Part shown: positions 34,956-46,353 of the stretch, one piece after another
How positions within the stretch are numbered: the first letter of the stretch is position 1
Layout of the letters: every line of letters begins with the position of its first letter
Source of the DNA: Fistulifera solaris
Lineage: Eukaryota
NCBI GenBank assembly: GCA_030295235.1
Contig: AP026162.1
Coordinates: 1,426,001 to 1,490,000, forward strand
Length of the DNA stretch: 64,000 nucleotides
Direction: 5' to 3'
Position numbers and translations under genes: made by a program
The notes under the pieces: generated by a model
What the model saw: the letters and a program-made list of their open reading frames with translations, nothing else
Database searches by the model: none
What the model was told of the DNA's origin: nothing

Positions 34956-35700
34956 GGTTCATTGTGCGGGGTCTCAGGTTACCGAATGATAAGCGCTCGT
35001 GTTTTGCTTGTTCCGTGCGTTTGTGAGAAGAGGCGTGATTTTGATGTGTCGCGTTTTTTGGAGGGTGGAAAAATTCGAGGCGTCCACGTTGGCAAGCGGC
35101 AAGCGCACGTAAGAAAATGTACTGAGAAAGCAGTAGCAATGCTAAGTACATTGTGCTCAACCGTATACGTCACGAGAGACTTCTCGCTTCCAGATTTCTT
35201 GTTACGTAGTAGATACCACTGCAATGACTTCTTTGCACCAAGACTACTTTCCGGATGAGAGTGACAAGAAAGCTGTTTCATCAATGTGTACTTTTCAACC
35301 TGATACTTAAACCTAAAAAGCTGTAAATGCGATTACCGTTACGACGATACCTAGTACACTTCGTTGTCTTCATTTTCTTTTCGTCTCGCTCTTATTTGCT
35401 TTGCCGGGCGAGAGGCGAGAGGCGAGAACCATGGCCGTCATGGACGCCCAACGCCCGATACCGATTACAGCAGCATTATTATTCTTTTCACCTTACCTGG
35501 TAGACTTCATCCGTGTACGGTCGAGACAGCCGTTTGATTCATCAATCTATCCTGGTCATTGCTTCAATTGATTGGAAGTCTCGATCGACGATACTTAATT
35601 CTTCCTCGCACCTTCACAGTGGCGTTTCATAAACAAGTGTTGCAACTTGTAACTCAAGTACTTATACATCAAGACAATACAATATCTCCCTCGGGGCACA

Positions 35701-36714
35701 ATGTCAGCTAATATTTCTAACGGAGTGCAGAATTCGCTACCTGAGACTAAGGCAACACCTGCCCAAGTCGATCAACGACCCTCGCAACGGCGAAGAAAAA
35801 TGTAAGTTCTGATATCTTTCGCAGCGAGCGAGAGATAGGAAAATACTCACCATTTTATCTCATACAGCTATGCGGTATCAACAACATGGGAACGACAATT
35901 AGCCGAAGGTCGGTCGCAGCCGGATGTTCACACGTATTTCTGTTGTTGCGCACGCCGCATTGGGAACATGTTCTCCCTTCTCTCATACCAGGATGGATCG
36001 CCGATGGTCATTGCCGGCCCGTGTTGGCCGTTTTGTGCATTAGTGACAGTTCCTTTGATTCTCGGGGTGTCCGGAACGGTGTGTTACTTTTTGATAGTCG
36101 ACAACAGCTACTCGTCACTGGTGAGTGAAAGAAAGAGACTCTCTTCCGGTTAAATTGTTCCTCGATACACTCACAAAATCGACGCTCCTTTCATGAAACG
36201 CACAGCCACAATGGCTACTCTATCTGTATATTCCTGCGGTGCTTTTTTGTTCTTTTGAGTCTTTTCTGCGTGAGCTGTCGAGATCCTGGTCTGATGGAGC
36301 GAGTGACGGTAAGTTGCCGAGAGTCTTATTCATTCATAGTTGCAGCCTTATTGCCTGACCTTGAGCTTTAAAAGGATGAGGAAGCAGGAGAAGGTGGCTG
36401 GTTTTGGAATGAGCAAGTAGGAAGTTTTCGTCCTCCGGGTGCTTTGTACTGTCGAGAATGCGGTGTTCTGATCCAAGATTATGATCACTTGTAAGTAAAA
36501 TTGTGGGCTTGTTTTGCTCTTTCATCACGTTCTTACATCATCCTGATCTTATTGCCCCTCCTCGTGCACATTAAACAGATGCCCTTGGACCGGTACAAGC
36601 ATTGGAAAGAAGAACATGTGGGCATTCAAAACGTTCGTCATTAGCGTCAATATGCTTTGCTACTTGTCCATCGCTATTCTTGTTTGGGCACTATTAGATG
36701 GTTTAGTATCTTAG
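35701..36714 (+). CDS. DHHC-family palmitoyltransferase-like protein with a DHLC motif; 5 exons
   Basis: AGPCWP TM, SCRDPG and FRPPGALYCRECGVLIQDYDHL|CPWTGTSIGKKN. Introns at 35802-35867, 36121-36205, 36309-36374 and 36491-36578. One extra T at about 36243-36248. Confidence 0.85.
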
Positions 36715-36972
36715 CGATAAGATCCCTTTGTACTTTTGTCGTTTCAATAAAACGAGCAAGCATTTCTGTATCCCTAATTGTCGACGACGTCTATCCGTCA
36801 GGAATGTTGTCATTGCCCTACCTGAACGCTTTTGTCGATCGTTGTGAGCGTCCAGATGCCAACTGTAGCTCGTCATGTTGAAAATCAAACTTGAATTTTA
36901 ACGCAAATCAACAACATGGAACTCCTGAGCAAAAATTGTTGTGGCTCGAATCATCGTGAGCTTCATAGTTTT

Positions 36973-37260
36973 ACTGTGGTCTGTAGGCCCACTTAACCAA
37001 GACTGAACTTCAGTCATGAGGCTTTAACGCTTCTTTTGTGCGAGCTGTATACGTTGTTGCCTTCTGCGTATTGTGTGTAATTTCCATGTATTGATAGATA
37101 TGGCTTTGACATAGGGGTTACGTCTTACGTCTGCCTCAAATTCCGATTGCAGTCGACGATGCGCTTGAATCATCCTGGTCTTCATTATTTTTTTCTTTTC
37201 TTTTACTGTGGCCCAAACTGTTAGTTAAAGGAGCCATGACTAATTTCAGTCATGAGACCT
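36973..37260 (+). repeat. Intergenic element family A, tandem dimer (copies 5-6, period about 236 bp)
   Basis: ACTGTGG boxes at 36973 and 37205. Palindromes CAAGACTG-AACTT-CAGTCATG at 36998-37018 and CATGACTA-ATTT-CAGTCATG at 37235-37254. Confidence 0.75.
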
Positions 37261-37384
37261 AACCCTTATTATTTCGAAACGTTTCTCCGTTATTGTTCGA
37301 GTGTTCGCCAAGACGGAGAGAAAAGAAAATAAATTGTTGATGCCCTATATTGTTATTTGTTATTTCACAAACGAACGCTTAACC

Positions 37385-38928
37385 ATGGATTTTGAGAGGG
37401 CGGCAGAAAGATTGAAGAAGGATCATTCCAAAATTCAAAGGCGACGTCCCGTCGCTACATCCGCACAAGCCAAGCAGCAAGCCGAGAGGGCCAAACAGCA
37501 ACGGCAACAAGATGCTGCCGAAAGAGAAAAGAAACGACGTCAAGAAGAATACATTACTGAATATTATAGACAATGCGAGCGTAAGTTTTGATGTATGGCC
37601 TTGATTATTCTTTTGCTATATTTTCGCTCTAATCTTCGTCACAGGTGTTCTGGGAGTGCGACAATTATCAAACGTGGCACCGTTGACACTAAAGGCTGTA
37701 TCGATTCATGGCGAAGGTGACAAAATCGCTTTACCTCCGAGTATCCTAGAGTACATGACGGTGTTCGAAACCACATCACAATCTCCCTGGATATTTCGAA
37801 TCGGTGTACTGAATCCTGATTATCATTTCCCGGCGTCTCCGACCTTGCAGCAGTTACTGCCACCGGACGAAAACGACCGTGACGAGATGAGTGACGACGA
37901 CGGCACGGAAGGATCAGATAACGAATTATCTCATTCAATTTACTTGGAAGAGCTCTCTCAAAAATACTTGGCGTATACACACGGAACAGTTGTGGAGTTC
38001 ACTCAAGAAGAAGGATATGCCGGTTTGCCGGAATCCATTGCAACAGCATTGCTCAAAAACCCAACAGTTCGCAAAACACGAACAGTAGATCCATCAACAC
38101 TGAGTACGACTAAAAACAAAGATGAAGATAATGCGGACGAGGAAATGTCATTGGGTGAAACGGATGATGATAGTCCTAAAACAGCCGGCCACCTGGCTTG
38201 GGGAGCCTTTGACGTGCCCGACTTGCCGCTTGAAATCACTTGGATTCAAAAATTGCCGAGAGGAAAAGCTTGCGAATTGACGCCGACTTTAGAAGCAGTT
38301 CGGTCGGGGTTCTATTCTTTGCAAGATATCAAACTAGTTTTGGAACAGAGTTTAATTCGGACGCGTGCTACCCTTTCCGTCGGAGATACCGTGCACACCT
38401 GGCATCGGGGTATGAAGTACGATCTGCAAGTAACTTCGGTTACCCCTTCCAAATACAATACGATTATATGCATAAATACTGATTTGGAGGTTGAATTTGG
38501 AAAAGTGTCGGATGATGACACAAAAGAAAAAAGGTCAGGATAGTAGACCATTTGTCGAACCATTGGGTCAGGCTCTAGGATACAAGCTATCGCCGCTTGC
38601 TTCCTTGTCTTCCGAATCTGCACCTATTATGAAAGCTAAAGCTATCACGTTGATAGACGAGCCACCTTTATCGCAAACCGACCATGTGTGCACGGTACAG
38701 ATAAGAGCACCCAACGGTGTCAAGGCACAACGTCGGTTTGATGTGCGTCAAGCAACACTGGACGATCTGATGGCTTTCGCCGAAACGCTAGAACTGGGCA
38801 ATGAGCAATTTCAGCTGGTTACTCGATTTCCGAGACGAGTTTTCGAAAAGATAAATGGTAGAAAAAGTCTAGAAACGGCTGGAATACTTGCGGGACAAGA
38901 AGTCTTTCTCGTAGAGAAGTTGAGCTAA
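37385..38928 (+). CDS. UFD1-like protein fused to a C-terminal UBX domain; 2 exons, one frameshift
   Basis: UFD1 motifs GDKIALPPSIL, THGTVVEFTQEEG..GLP, KLPRGK..L.P, KLVLEQSL..ATLSVGD and ICINTDLEVEF. UBX motif VQIRAPNG..QRRF...LVTRFPRRVF...SLETAGI. Intron at 37581-37644; A-run frameshift at about 38527. Confidence 0.85.
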
Positions 38929-39004
38929 CGGAATCATTGCAGATGATGAATGTCAGATTCGAAACCTGTAGTAGTTATGAATTATGAACTAGTTTTCAAG
39001 TTTG

Positions 39005-40839
39005 TTAACTTCCTACAAAAAACTTTTGTGTCTCCACGATTTCAGCCTCTTCGATAGTGCTACACGGTGTCAGCGTCCAGACTTCTAGATACTCGATTTC
39101 AAACTCTGTGTTATTTGTCAAGTTACCACACAGCCTTGGGCTTGCGAATGTGGCGCATGAATTGGTCTCGCCTCCAAGTAAATCCCCGTCGATGCTAAAA
39201 CCGACACCCGTCGGCTCTTGCGGGAACGGATTGGTTTCAGTCTCGTCCCAAACGCCTCCTCCGATGGCAAGTGTCTTGTTTGTAACATATTGTACAAGAA
39301 CATCGTGACCTGTAAGCGGGTAAACTTCCATTTCGTTGTCGTTTGAATGACTTCGAGTCTCGCCGTTCCTTCTTCGACGCGAATGCTTCAAACGCCACAC
39401 GAATGATTCTTCTGAACCGAACCAGGAACGCTGGATGCGCCAGGGCGTGGAACAAAATACACCAAAGACAAACCCAGCGGTAGTCTCCACGGTTATTATT
39501 GTGTGCATTGAAGTTCGGATCGTTGACAAAAGTGACATTAGCGACCCATCATCGCCGTGAAAAGAAAACTTCATCCAAAAATTCTCTTCAGCGATATGCA
39601 TTGGCAAAAATCCACGAAGTGCTTCCATAACCGCCGGAGTTAAAACTTTAGGCTTCCTTTCAGACGTACCAAGAATTCGAAACGGATATTTTTTAGTTTC
39701 ATCGAGGGCATACGGGGCTACTATATTTTTTCTTCGAACAGTTTTGTCGTCCGCCTCGCTTGCTTCGCTTGATTTTTCGTCTGGTGATTTCAGAAAGGAT
39801 GAGGAAACACGAAACAAGGGATCCGACGTGAGAACCTCGGACGCTTGATTCACTGCGTCAATTTGTGACGGCAAGGGGTCCTTAGAGATTTCCCGTACAA
39901 GATTATGCAGAAAATCGCTTTCAACAGCGTTAAGAGTTGTTTCTTTTTGCATCATGGTTGTTTTTAAAAGTCGGCACGGCAATAGATATTGTTCCCGGAC
40001 GTCGGTACCAACGTCGCTTGGTAGATCTGAAAGGTTAGTATTGAAAGTACGTTGACGATGTTCCCTTATCTCTCCGCGAGCACCCGTGCTAGCATTGTGT
40101 AGTGGCTGGTCAGATCTTTTAAAATGGTTCAGAGAAGGCTTTGGTTGTGACCGAGTGGATGGTTTCTCTTTCATAGTCGTCACTAGACAAGGCTGTGAAT
40201 CATTCTCGTCGGATGACAAAGATGGTATCACAGTGGTAGGCGACCAAACTCTTGAATAGTTTACAATTGTGGGAGACGGTGGATAAGTGTGCTTGTCCAC
40301 TGCTACCCTGTCTCGAGCAGTGACGAGTTCATTCGACACGATGTCCTCAATCGTCCCTAAAATTTGCTCATTCGACTGCTGAATTCGTCTTGGAGAATCT
40401 GCTTGCCGTACTCGTACGTTAGGAACCGTTGCTAATTGTGGAGCGTGGATACTAAGAGGTTTCTTACTGTCGAGTGAGTGTGTTATACGATTTCCTTCGC
40501 CGTTCTTGAGAGAAGGACTGACCGTCCTGGGATGATCGACTTCAATCGAATCCAAGGTTGCCATCTTCGGCTTGTCCGGTACTCCTGAAGGAAATGTGCG
40601 CTGTAAGGGCGGGTCGGGTTGCTGTCTCTGTTTCGTGCTTTGCTCTTTCTGTTCCTTCCGGGACTCGCTTTTCTCGAATCTCTCCACGCTTTTACAGCCT
40701 GGATGTCTTCTTCGAAAGCAGGAATGGGTTCACCTCTCGATATGTAGATTTGCAACGGTGCCGTAGGTGCTGGATGATTCGCCCGTTGTTCATTGTCGGC
40801 ATCATTCTCACTGCTGTCGATACAGCACCAACAGGCCAT
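39005..40839 (-). CDS. TLDc (OXR1-like) domain protein with a Cys-rich N-terminus; one frameshift
   Basis: TLDc motifs FLPMHIAEENFWMKFS..DDGSL, TIITVET..GFVFGVF..PW, WFGSEESFVW, LAIGGG and NSCATFASP.L...FEIEYLEVW. ORFs join at the T-run at about 40690. Confidence 0.88.
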
Positions 40840-41037
40840 GATCTCGAAAACCTAGGACCGAGTGATTTGATTATTCAAAAGGAGAGAGCCTTGTTTTACA
40901 ATAGCTTCACAAATTTTCTTGCCGATTATAAAAACGTGTCTTATGTTTGATGTTGTTGATTATTATTGTTTGTGAGCCGACGACGATCCGAATGCGGGCC
41001 TCTCATTTTTGTTGGGATTTTTTGTACCTGGTAGCGG

Positions 41038-41245
41038 TTTGTTACGTCTCCAGAAAATGTGGGGGTGCGGTTTGTTTTACGTGTCCAGAAAATGTGGGGT
41101 TTTTTTGTTTTTTACTTGTCCAGAAAATGTGGGCGTGCAGTTTGTTACGTCTCCAGAAAATGTGGGGTGCGGTTTTTCACGTTTCCAGAAAATGTGGGGA
41201 AGCCTTTTTAACGTTTCCAGAATTAACTTGTCCTGAAAATCTGGC
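41038..41245. repeat. Minisatellite, 32-35 bp unit with core TCCAGAAAATGTGGG
   Basis: Cores at 41049, 41084, 41119, 41152 and 41184, with degenerate copies at 41216 and 41231. Located in the divergent promoter between TLDc and DPH5. Confidence 0.92.
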
Positions 41246-41628
41246 AGTGTGATGCAAGGTGAGCAAGGATTAGGTGGTGAGTGGTGGGAAAATTCGATTT
41301 TCTATAATAATTCTGCCTCGCCGTAGGCGCTACGTAGTATATTGTACCGGAGGCAGAATTTTAACGTCCTTTCTAGTAGGTTATCACTCATTGCTCATTG
41401 CTCATTGCTCATTGCAACTCATTGTAGTACACAACAGTGAAGGTGGACACGGATGAATGACGGACTCCTGTAAAAGCTCGCGCTCTTCTCATTTTTTGAC
41501 CATCAAAAATTCCGTCGTTTTGACATTTCACAGTCTTTTTCTCCTTCGTGGCGACGAGAGCCTTTTAAAAAAGAAATCACTCTACAAATCGTCGGCTTCT
41601 CGTCCCCTAACAGGTTAGCCATTACAAG

Positions 41629-42495
41629 ATGGTGCTCTATATGGTCGGTCTCGGCCTGGGAAATGAAGAAGACATTACCGTGCGTGGCTTGAATATCGTC
41701 AAAAGCGCCGACCATATCTTCCTTGAAGCGTACACCAGCGTTCTAGGCGTGGATCGAGAGCGCTTGGAAGAATTCTACGGCAAACCCATTACTATCGCAG
41801 ATCGAGACATGGTCGAGCAGCAAGTTGAAGATCTCGTACTCGTACCTGCAAAAACGAAAAAGGTCGCCTTTCTCGTGGTAGGAGATCCAGTTTGCGCAAC
41901 AACACACACCGATTTATGGTTACGGGCCCGACAAATGGGTATTGAAGTAGAAATGATTCATAATGCGTCTATCATGGGTGCGGCGGGTGCTTGTGGCCTG
42001 CAGCTATATAACTTTGGGCATACAGTCAGCATTCCATTTTTTGAAGAAAATTGGCGGCCTACTTCGTTCTATCCTAAGATCAAGTTCAATCGACAAGGCG
42101 GCATGCATACACTGTGTCTTTTGGATATTAAAGTAAAAGAGCCCGATTTTGAAGCAATGATGAGAGGCAAAACGAAATATCTCCCACCGCGGTTCATGTC
42201 GGTAAATACAGCTGCCGAACAATTATTAGAGGCGGAACAAACTGTCGCACAGCAAGCGTACGACGGAGCAAAGACTTTGTGCGTGGGCTTGGCTCGTATG
42301 GGACAGCCTACGCAATGCATTCGAGCAGGGACGCTGGAAGAACTCCGCGAGTACGATTTTGGTGGGCCGTTGCATTCTATGATCATCTGTGGTGACTTGC
42401 ACGACTTGGAACTGGAAGTACTAAAAGAGTATCTCATAGAAGGATCAAAATTTGAGCTCGAACATGCAGAAACGCAGCTTGATGAAGTCAGATAA
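41629..42495 (+). CDS. DPH5: Diphthine methyl ester synthase
   Basis: LYMVGLGLGNEEDITVRGL, FLEAYTS, LVVGDPVCATTHTDL, HNASIM, GLQLYNFG and HTLCLLDIKVKE. Confidence 0.97.
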   Translation: MVLYMVGLGLGNEEDITVRGLNIVKSADHIFLEAYTSVLGVDRERLEEFYGKPITIADRDMVEQQVEDLVLVPAKTKKVAFLVVGDPVCATTHTDLWLRARQMGIEVEMIHNASIMGAAGACGLQLYNFGHTVSIPFFEENWRPTSFYPKIKFNRQGGMHTLCLLDIKVKEPDFEAMMRGKTKYLPPRFMSVNTAAEQLLEAEQTVAQQAYDGAKTLCVGLARMGQPTQCIRAGTLEELREYDFGGPLHSMIICGDLHDLELEVLKEYLIEGSKFELEHAETQLDEVR

Positions 42496-42693
42496 GCTAA
42501 TGTATGTATATAATGATGCGAGTGCGATCCATTTGTTGACTAGGCGACAGAAAGACTGAACAATTAAAAGAGACTGTGTTCTTGAGATCATATCAAATCT
42601 GCCGCACGTTCCCGATCAAAGCAAAGTAGTCATTAGCGTGACTTGCGGATCTTCGATAACTATTCCTTTCACAACAAGAGGAGAACTGTATTG

Positions 42694-43097
42694 TTAGGAA
42701 GCGCCCTGCTCGGCTGCAAGTCGAGGGATGTCGACAAAAATGTATGGCCCATGTACACACCCTCAGGAATTACGACAGCGATCAACCGATTAGTTCCATC
42801 CGGTGGGAAGATGAATAATATGTCACCAGGAACTACATTTGCAGGGGCTACAACAGCAACTAGCGTGTCGTCGGCGCCCTCTTCAAGAATAGAGCGCGGT
42901 ACCGCCTGCAATGCGTTGCCTCCCGTCTTCACAAGAACGGCATCCATAGGCGGATTGCATCCTCTTAGTGGTGTGCGTCGATTTCCAGGAAAAGACAGAG
43001 GGTCGCCGCATCGTGCTCCGATAGTCGGGCAGCTTGCATCTGATGTTTGTAAAGAAGTATATCTTGCAGTTGCGCTATACATTTCCCATGTCTTCAT
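42694..43097 (-). CDS. Hypothetical protein with a V-x-P-G beta domain
   Basis: VAVVAPANVVPGDILFIFPPDGTNRLIAVVIPEGVYMGHTF resembles the domain at 9857-9980. A missing T at about 42737 would give GHTFFVDIP and a stop at 42694. Confidence 0.6.
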
Positions 43098-43553
43098 AGT
43101 TGGTATGTGTGTGTATTCGTGTAACTAAAGCCGTAAAAAGGAAGCAGATAGCGAAAAGATACGACAAATAAAATACCAGCGTGTGGGATTGATGCCAAAG
43201 GTCCCTGTGGAAAATTAAAAGTTAATGCAGCTTTGCAATGATTGCACCCAAAGCAACCAAAGTTATTGTTGTCCCATTTTGACAGGTCAATCGTGGGATA
43301 TAGTATTGGTTCGCATAAGGTTCACGACTCAAGATGCTTCAAATAGAGCGTGAATGAGGAGGTGATGGCAGTCCCAGTAATATAAAAGTATGTATGTTGG
43401 TCCTATCGTCAAGGTTTCCGAACACAGGCGTTTGATCCACTATGTAAACTAAAACGTAAACTCGACTTAAAAAACAGATTGAAAATTCAATCATTATTTA
43501 GTAACGGAAAAGCTTCAAAAGGAACAAATTCGCTAGATAACGAAAACAGTTGT

Positions 43554-45307
43554 TTATTCTTCCTCTTCATCGTCGTAATAATCCTCATCGTCGTACTCAT
43601 ATTCATCCCCCATAGCTTCCTCTTCTTCAACAGCCTCGTCTTCGGAAGACGAAATCGACTTTTCTTCTCTGACTGCGGGCTTGGCTTCAGCTTCTTGTTC
43701 GGCTTTTGTTTCTTCCTCTTCTTTAGATTTCGACGCCTCCTTTGCTTCAACCGCTTCGCTTTCCTCATTGACACTCTCTTCATCTAAGTTCATGCCTTTC
43801 TCAAGAATATCCGGAGCGACAGTAGTACCCATGCGCGAGGGCAAGAAAAGACCAAAGGCATCCAACTTTGGGGAAGTCTTTTGACCATCGATTTTGTCTG
43901 TGGTAATAATTCCTTACTATAAAAAGAGCACCATTTTTTCAGAATAGCCGGATCCGCTCCCTTCAAATCATCGTCTTTTAGTGCCCTGTTCAAAGCAACG
44001 GCGACAGCGGAACAGAGTCCAATCATGTCAGCAACCACTCGCTCAACTGCTAGCGCCGTATTTTCACATTCTTCGCCATCCTTCAACTGACATGCAAGAC
44101 CGGCTTTCAGTAGAACTGCTGCACTTTCCAACTGCTCGACTCGAAGACAGGTTGAAGTAATGGGCTTCGGTGCTTTCTTCTTATCCGATTTGGGAGGAAC
44201 TGCGATTTCGTCGAACATTCCACCATAGCACTGAGTTCGCAAAAGAACATAGTGGGAGTAACGCGACAAGAATGCCCTGAACTTAACATTTTCTGGAGTG
44301 GTGTCGCCAGCTAGTAGTTGTTTCGTGTTGAAAAATTTATCTTTTCGCTTCGGATCCCTCGTGCGACGGAGCTCACGCAGACGCGCCTTAAGAGCCGCTG
44401 CATGTTCTGGCGCACCGTCTGCTGAAAATCGATGCATAATGTAAACAGCTTTCATGGTAGTTCGCCAATCCTTCTCTACCATCTTTCCCCATAGTTTGCG
44501 AAGCACCGCATCGTAAATGTCGAATTTCGGACCAATTTGGTAAGTTACACCCACCAATCGTTCTACGTGCTTTCCCTTTACCGGTGTATCGTCAGGTTTA
44601 GTGGCTTTCAACATGACTTGCTCCAGTTCCGAGCTCGTAAATCCCTTGACTTCTCTATATAAATTCGCTGAAATGGACGATGTTGCCTTCCGAGCAGTGG
44701 AAATCGAAGATAGCGCAGCGTCTTTAACAGACGATGGATCCGGCATGGAGTTACGAATAGCGGCTAATCCTTTGGTGAATGCAGTGGCGGCTCCTTGCGG
44801 TTTCGAATAGCGCACGAGGGAACCTTGTTTCGGTCTTCCCCCCGATGGATGAGGACGACGTGAGGGAGGTCCACGCGACGATTTCGGACGGGGGCGATAG
44901 TAATCATCCTCGTCTTCATATCTTGGTGGGGCGCGCTTTCGGCCTTGACTGCGGGGAGGGGGTTGCTTCCTCGATTTTGGTCCAGGGCCCTTTCGTTTTG
45001 TCGGCGGAGCAATATCATCGTCGTAGGGCGATGTACTGCCGTCCTCGTCTTCTTCCTCTTCAAACGACTCTTCTCCATCAGCAGGCAAATCAAGCAGATC
45101 ATCTGTCTCATCCTCTACCTCTTCATCTTCTTCGACATATTTGGGTCTCCTCGAAACGGGCGCTTTTTTGGACGATCGCGACGGTTTACTCGAACGACGA
45201 CTGGAAGTGCTTGGCTTTCGTGATGGTTTCTTTGCCGACACCACTTGCGACTCCAGCAGGACCGCTAGCACGGCTAGTATTGCAACAGTGGTCGGTAATA
45301 ACTTCAT
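43554..45307 (-). CDS. ANTH (AP180/CALM-type) domain protein with an N-terminal signal peptide and acidic tail; one frameshift
   Basis: ANTH motifs LEQVMLKATKPDDTPVKGKHVERL, KDWRTTMKAVYIMHRFSADG and FLSRYSHYVLLR. Leader MKLLPTTVAILAVLAVLLESQVVSA|KK. Joins ORF 43865-43554 at the T-run at about 43880. Confidence 0.82.
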
Positions 45308-45624
45308 TTGAATGCTAATAAATGTAAGATGTTGCGTTTTAGACACACTATTTGACGAGAGCGTTTCGCCGATTATCAGCCTTATTATTTGCTGCCGCAG
45401 ATGCAACGTGGAAGACACATACCGCACAAACAGCCGACACGTGGAGTGTCACATTCGTGAATGAATGAACACTCGTGACAATGACCGCGACCGTCTGGAC
45501 GTCAGTCACCCAAAACGGAATAAGCAAGCAAGACCGTTCATAAAAAAGAACAAGAACAAAACTATCCGACAAGAGCGGCTTTCATTGTTACTCAAAAGAT
45601 ACCCATCAAAGGACACGTTTTACG

Positions 45625-46269
45625 ATGGAAAACGACGAAATACCGGAGAATAATCGAAAGAGGCCAAATATCTTGGTCACGGGCACCCCTGGAGTTGGGA
45701 AAACAGTAACAGCATCCTTGCTTGCGGTAGGTCTTTCGATCGATTGATGTTCTTTGTTTTTTATGTCTGTTTCCAACTATCTAATGGACTTTTCACAGGA
45801 AAAACTTGGATTAAGACATATCAACGTGGGTGAGATCATAGCTGAGAATAAATTTTATGAAGGAAGAGACAATGAACTCGACACAAATATCTTAGATGAG
45901 GACAAGCTCCTGGACTTGATGGAAACCATGCTGGAAGAAGCAGCAGATGAAGGAGTCGGTATAGTAGCAGACTTTCACTCGTGTGAACTATTTCCAGAGA
46001 GATGGTTTGATCTCGTTTTAGTACTTCGGACATCCACCGAAGTCTTGTTCGACAGACTCACCAAACGAGGGTATAATGACAAGAAGCGAGATGAAAACAT
46101 GGAAAGCGAAATTATGCAGGTCATACTAGATGAAGCAAGAGAATCTTATGATCCTCAAATCGTGCACGAAGTCCCTTCGAATACGTTGGAAGAGATGGAG
46201 AGCAATGTGCAGCGAGTAAAGCAATGGATTGATCAATGGATTGAGGATCATGCGTGCGAAGCGGAATGA
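45625..46269 (+). CDS. AK6: Adenylate kinase 6 / Fap7, 2 exons
   Basis: PNILVTGTPGVGKT, ILDEDKLLD, DFHSCELFPERWFDLVLVLR and IMQVILDEARESY. Intron at 45727-45798. Confidence 0.95.
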
Positions 46270-46353
46270 TAACAGATACTCTTTAGTTCAAAGTCATGAG
46301 CTAACAATGATAGATCACCAACTAAAATCATAAGTTAAGGGTAGCTGAGTTGC

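Noticed and set aside
41038..41245. CRISPR-like array (constant core with variable linkers)
   Set aside because: The linkers are only 17-20 nt and homologous to each other, the core is 15 nt, there are no cas genes, and the context is eukaryotic. It is a minisatellite.
40947..41252. ORFs with repeated CPENVG/SRKCG peptides
   Set aside because: They are translations of the non-coding minisatellite, whose unit lengths are mostly not multiples of 3.
43479..43787. Hydrophobic Phe-rich plus-strand ORF resembling a membrane protein
   Set aside because: It is the antisense of the Glu/Asp-rich tail of the ANTH gene.
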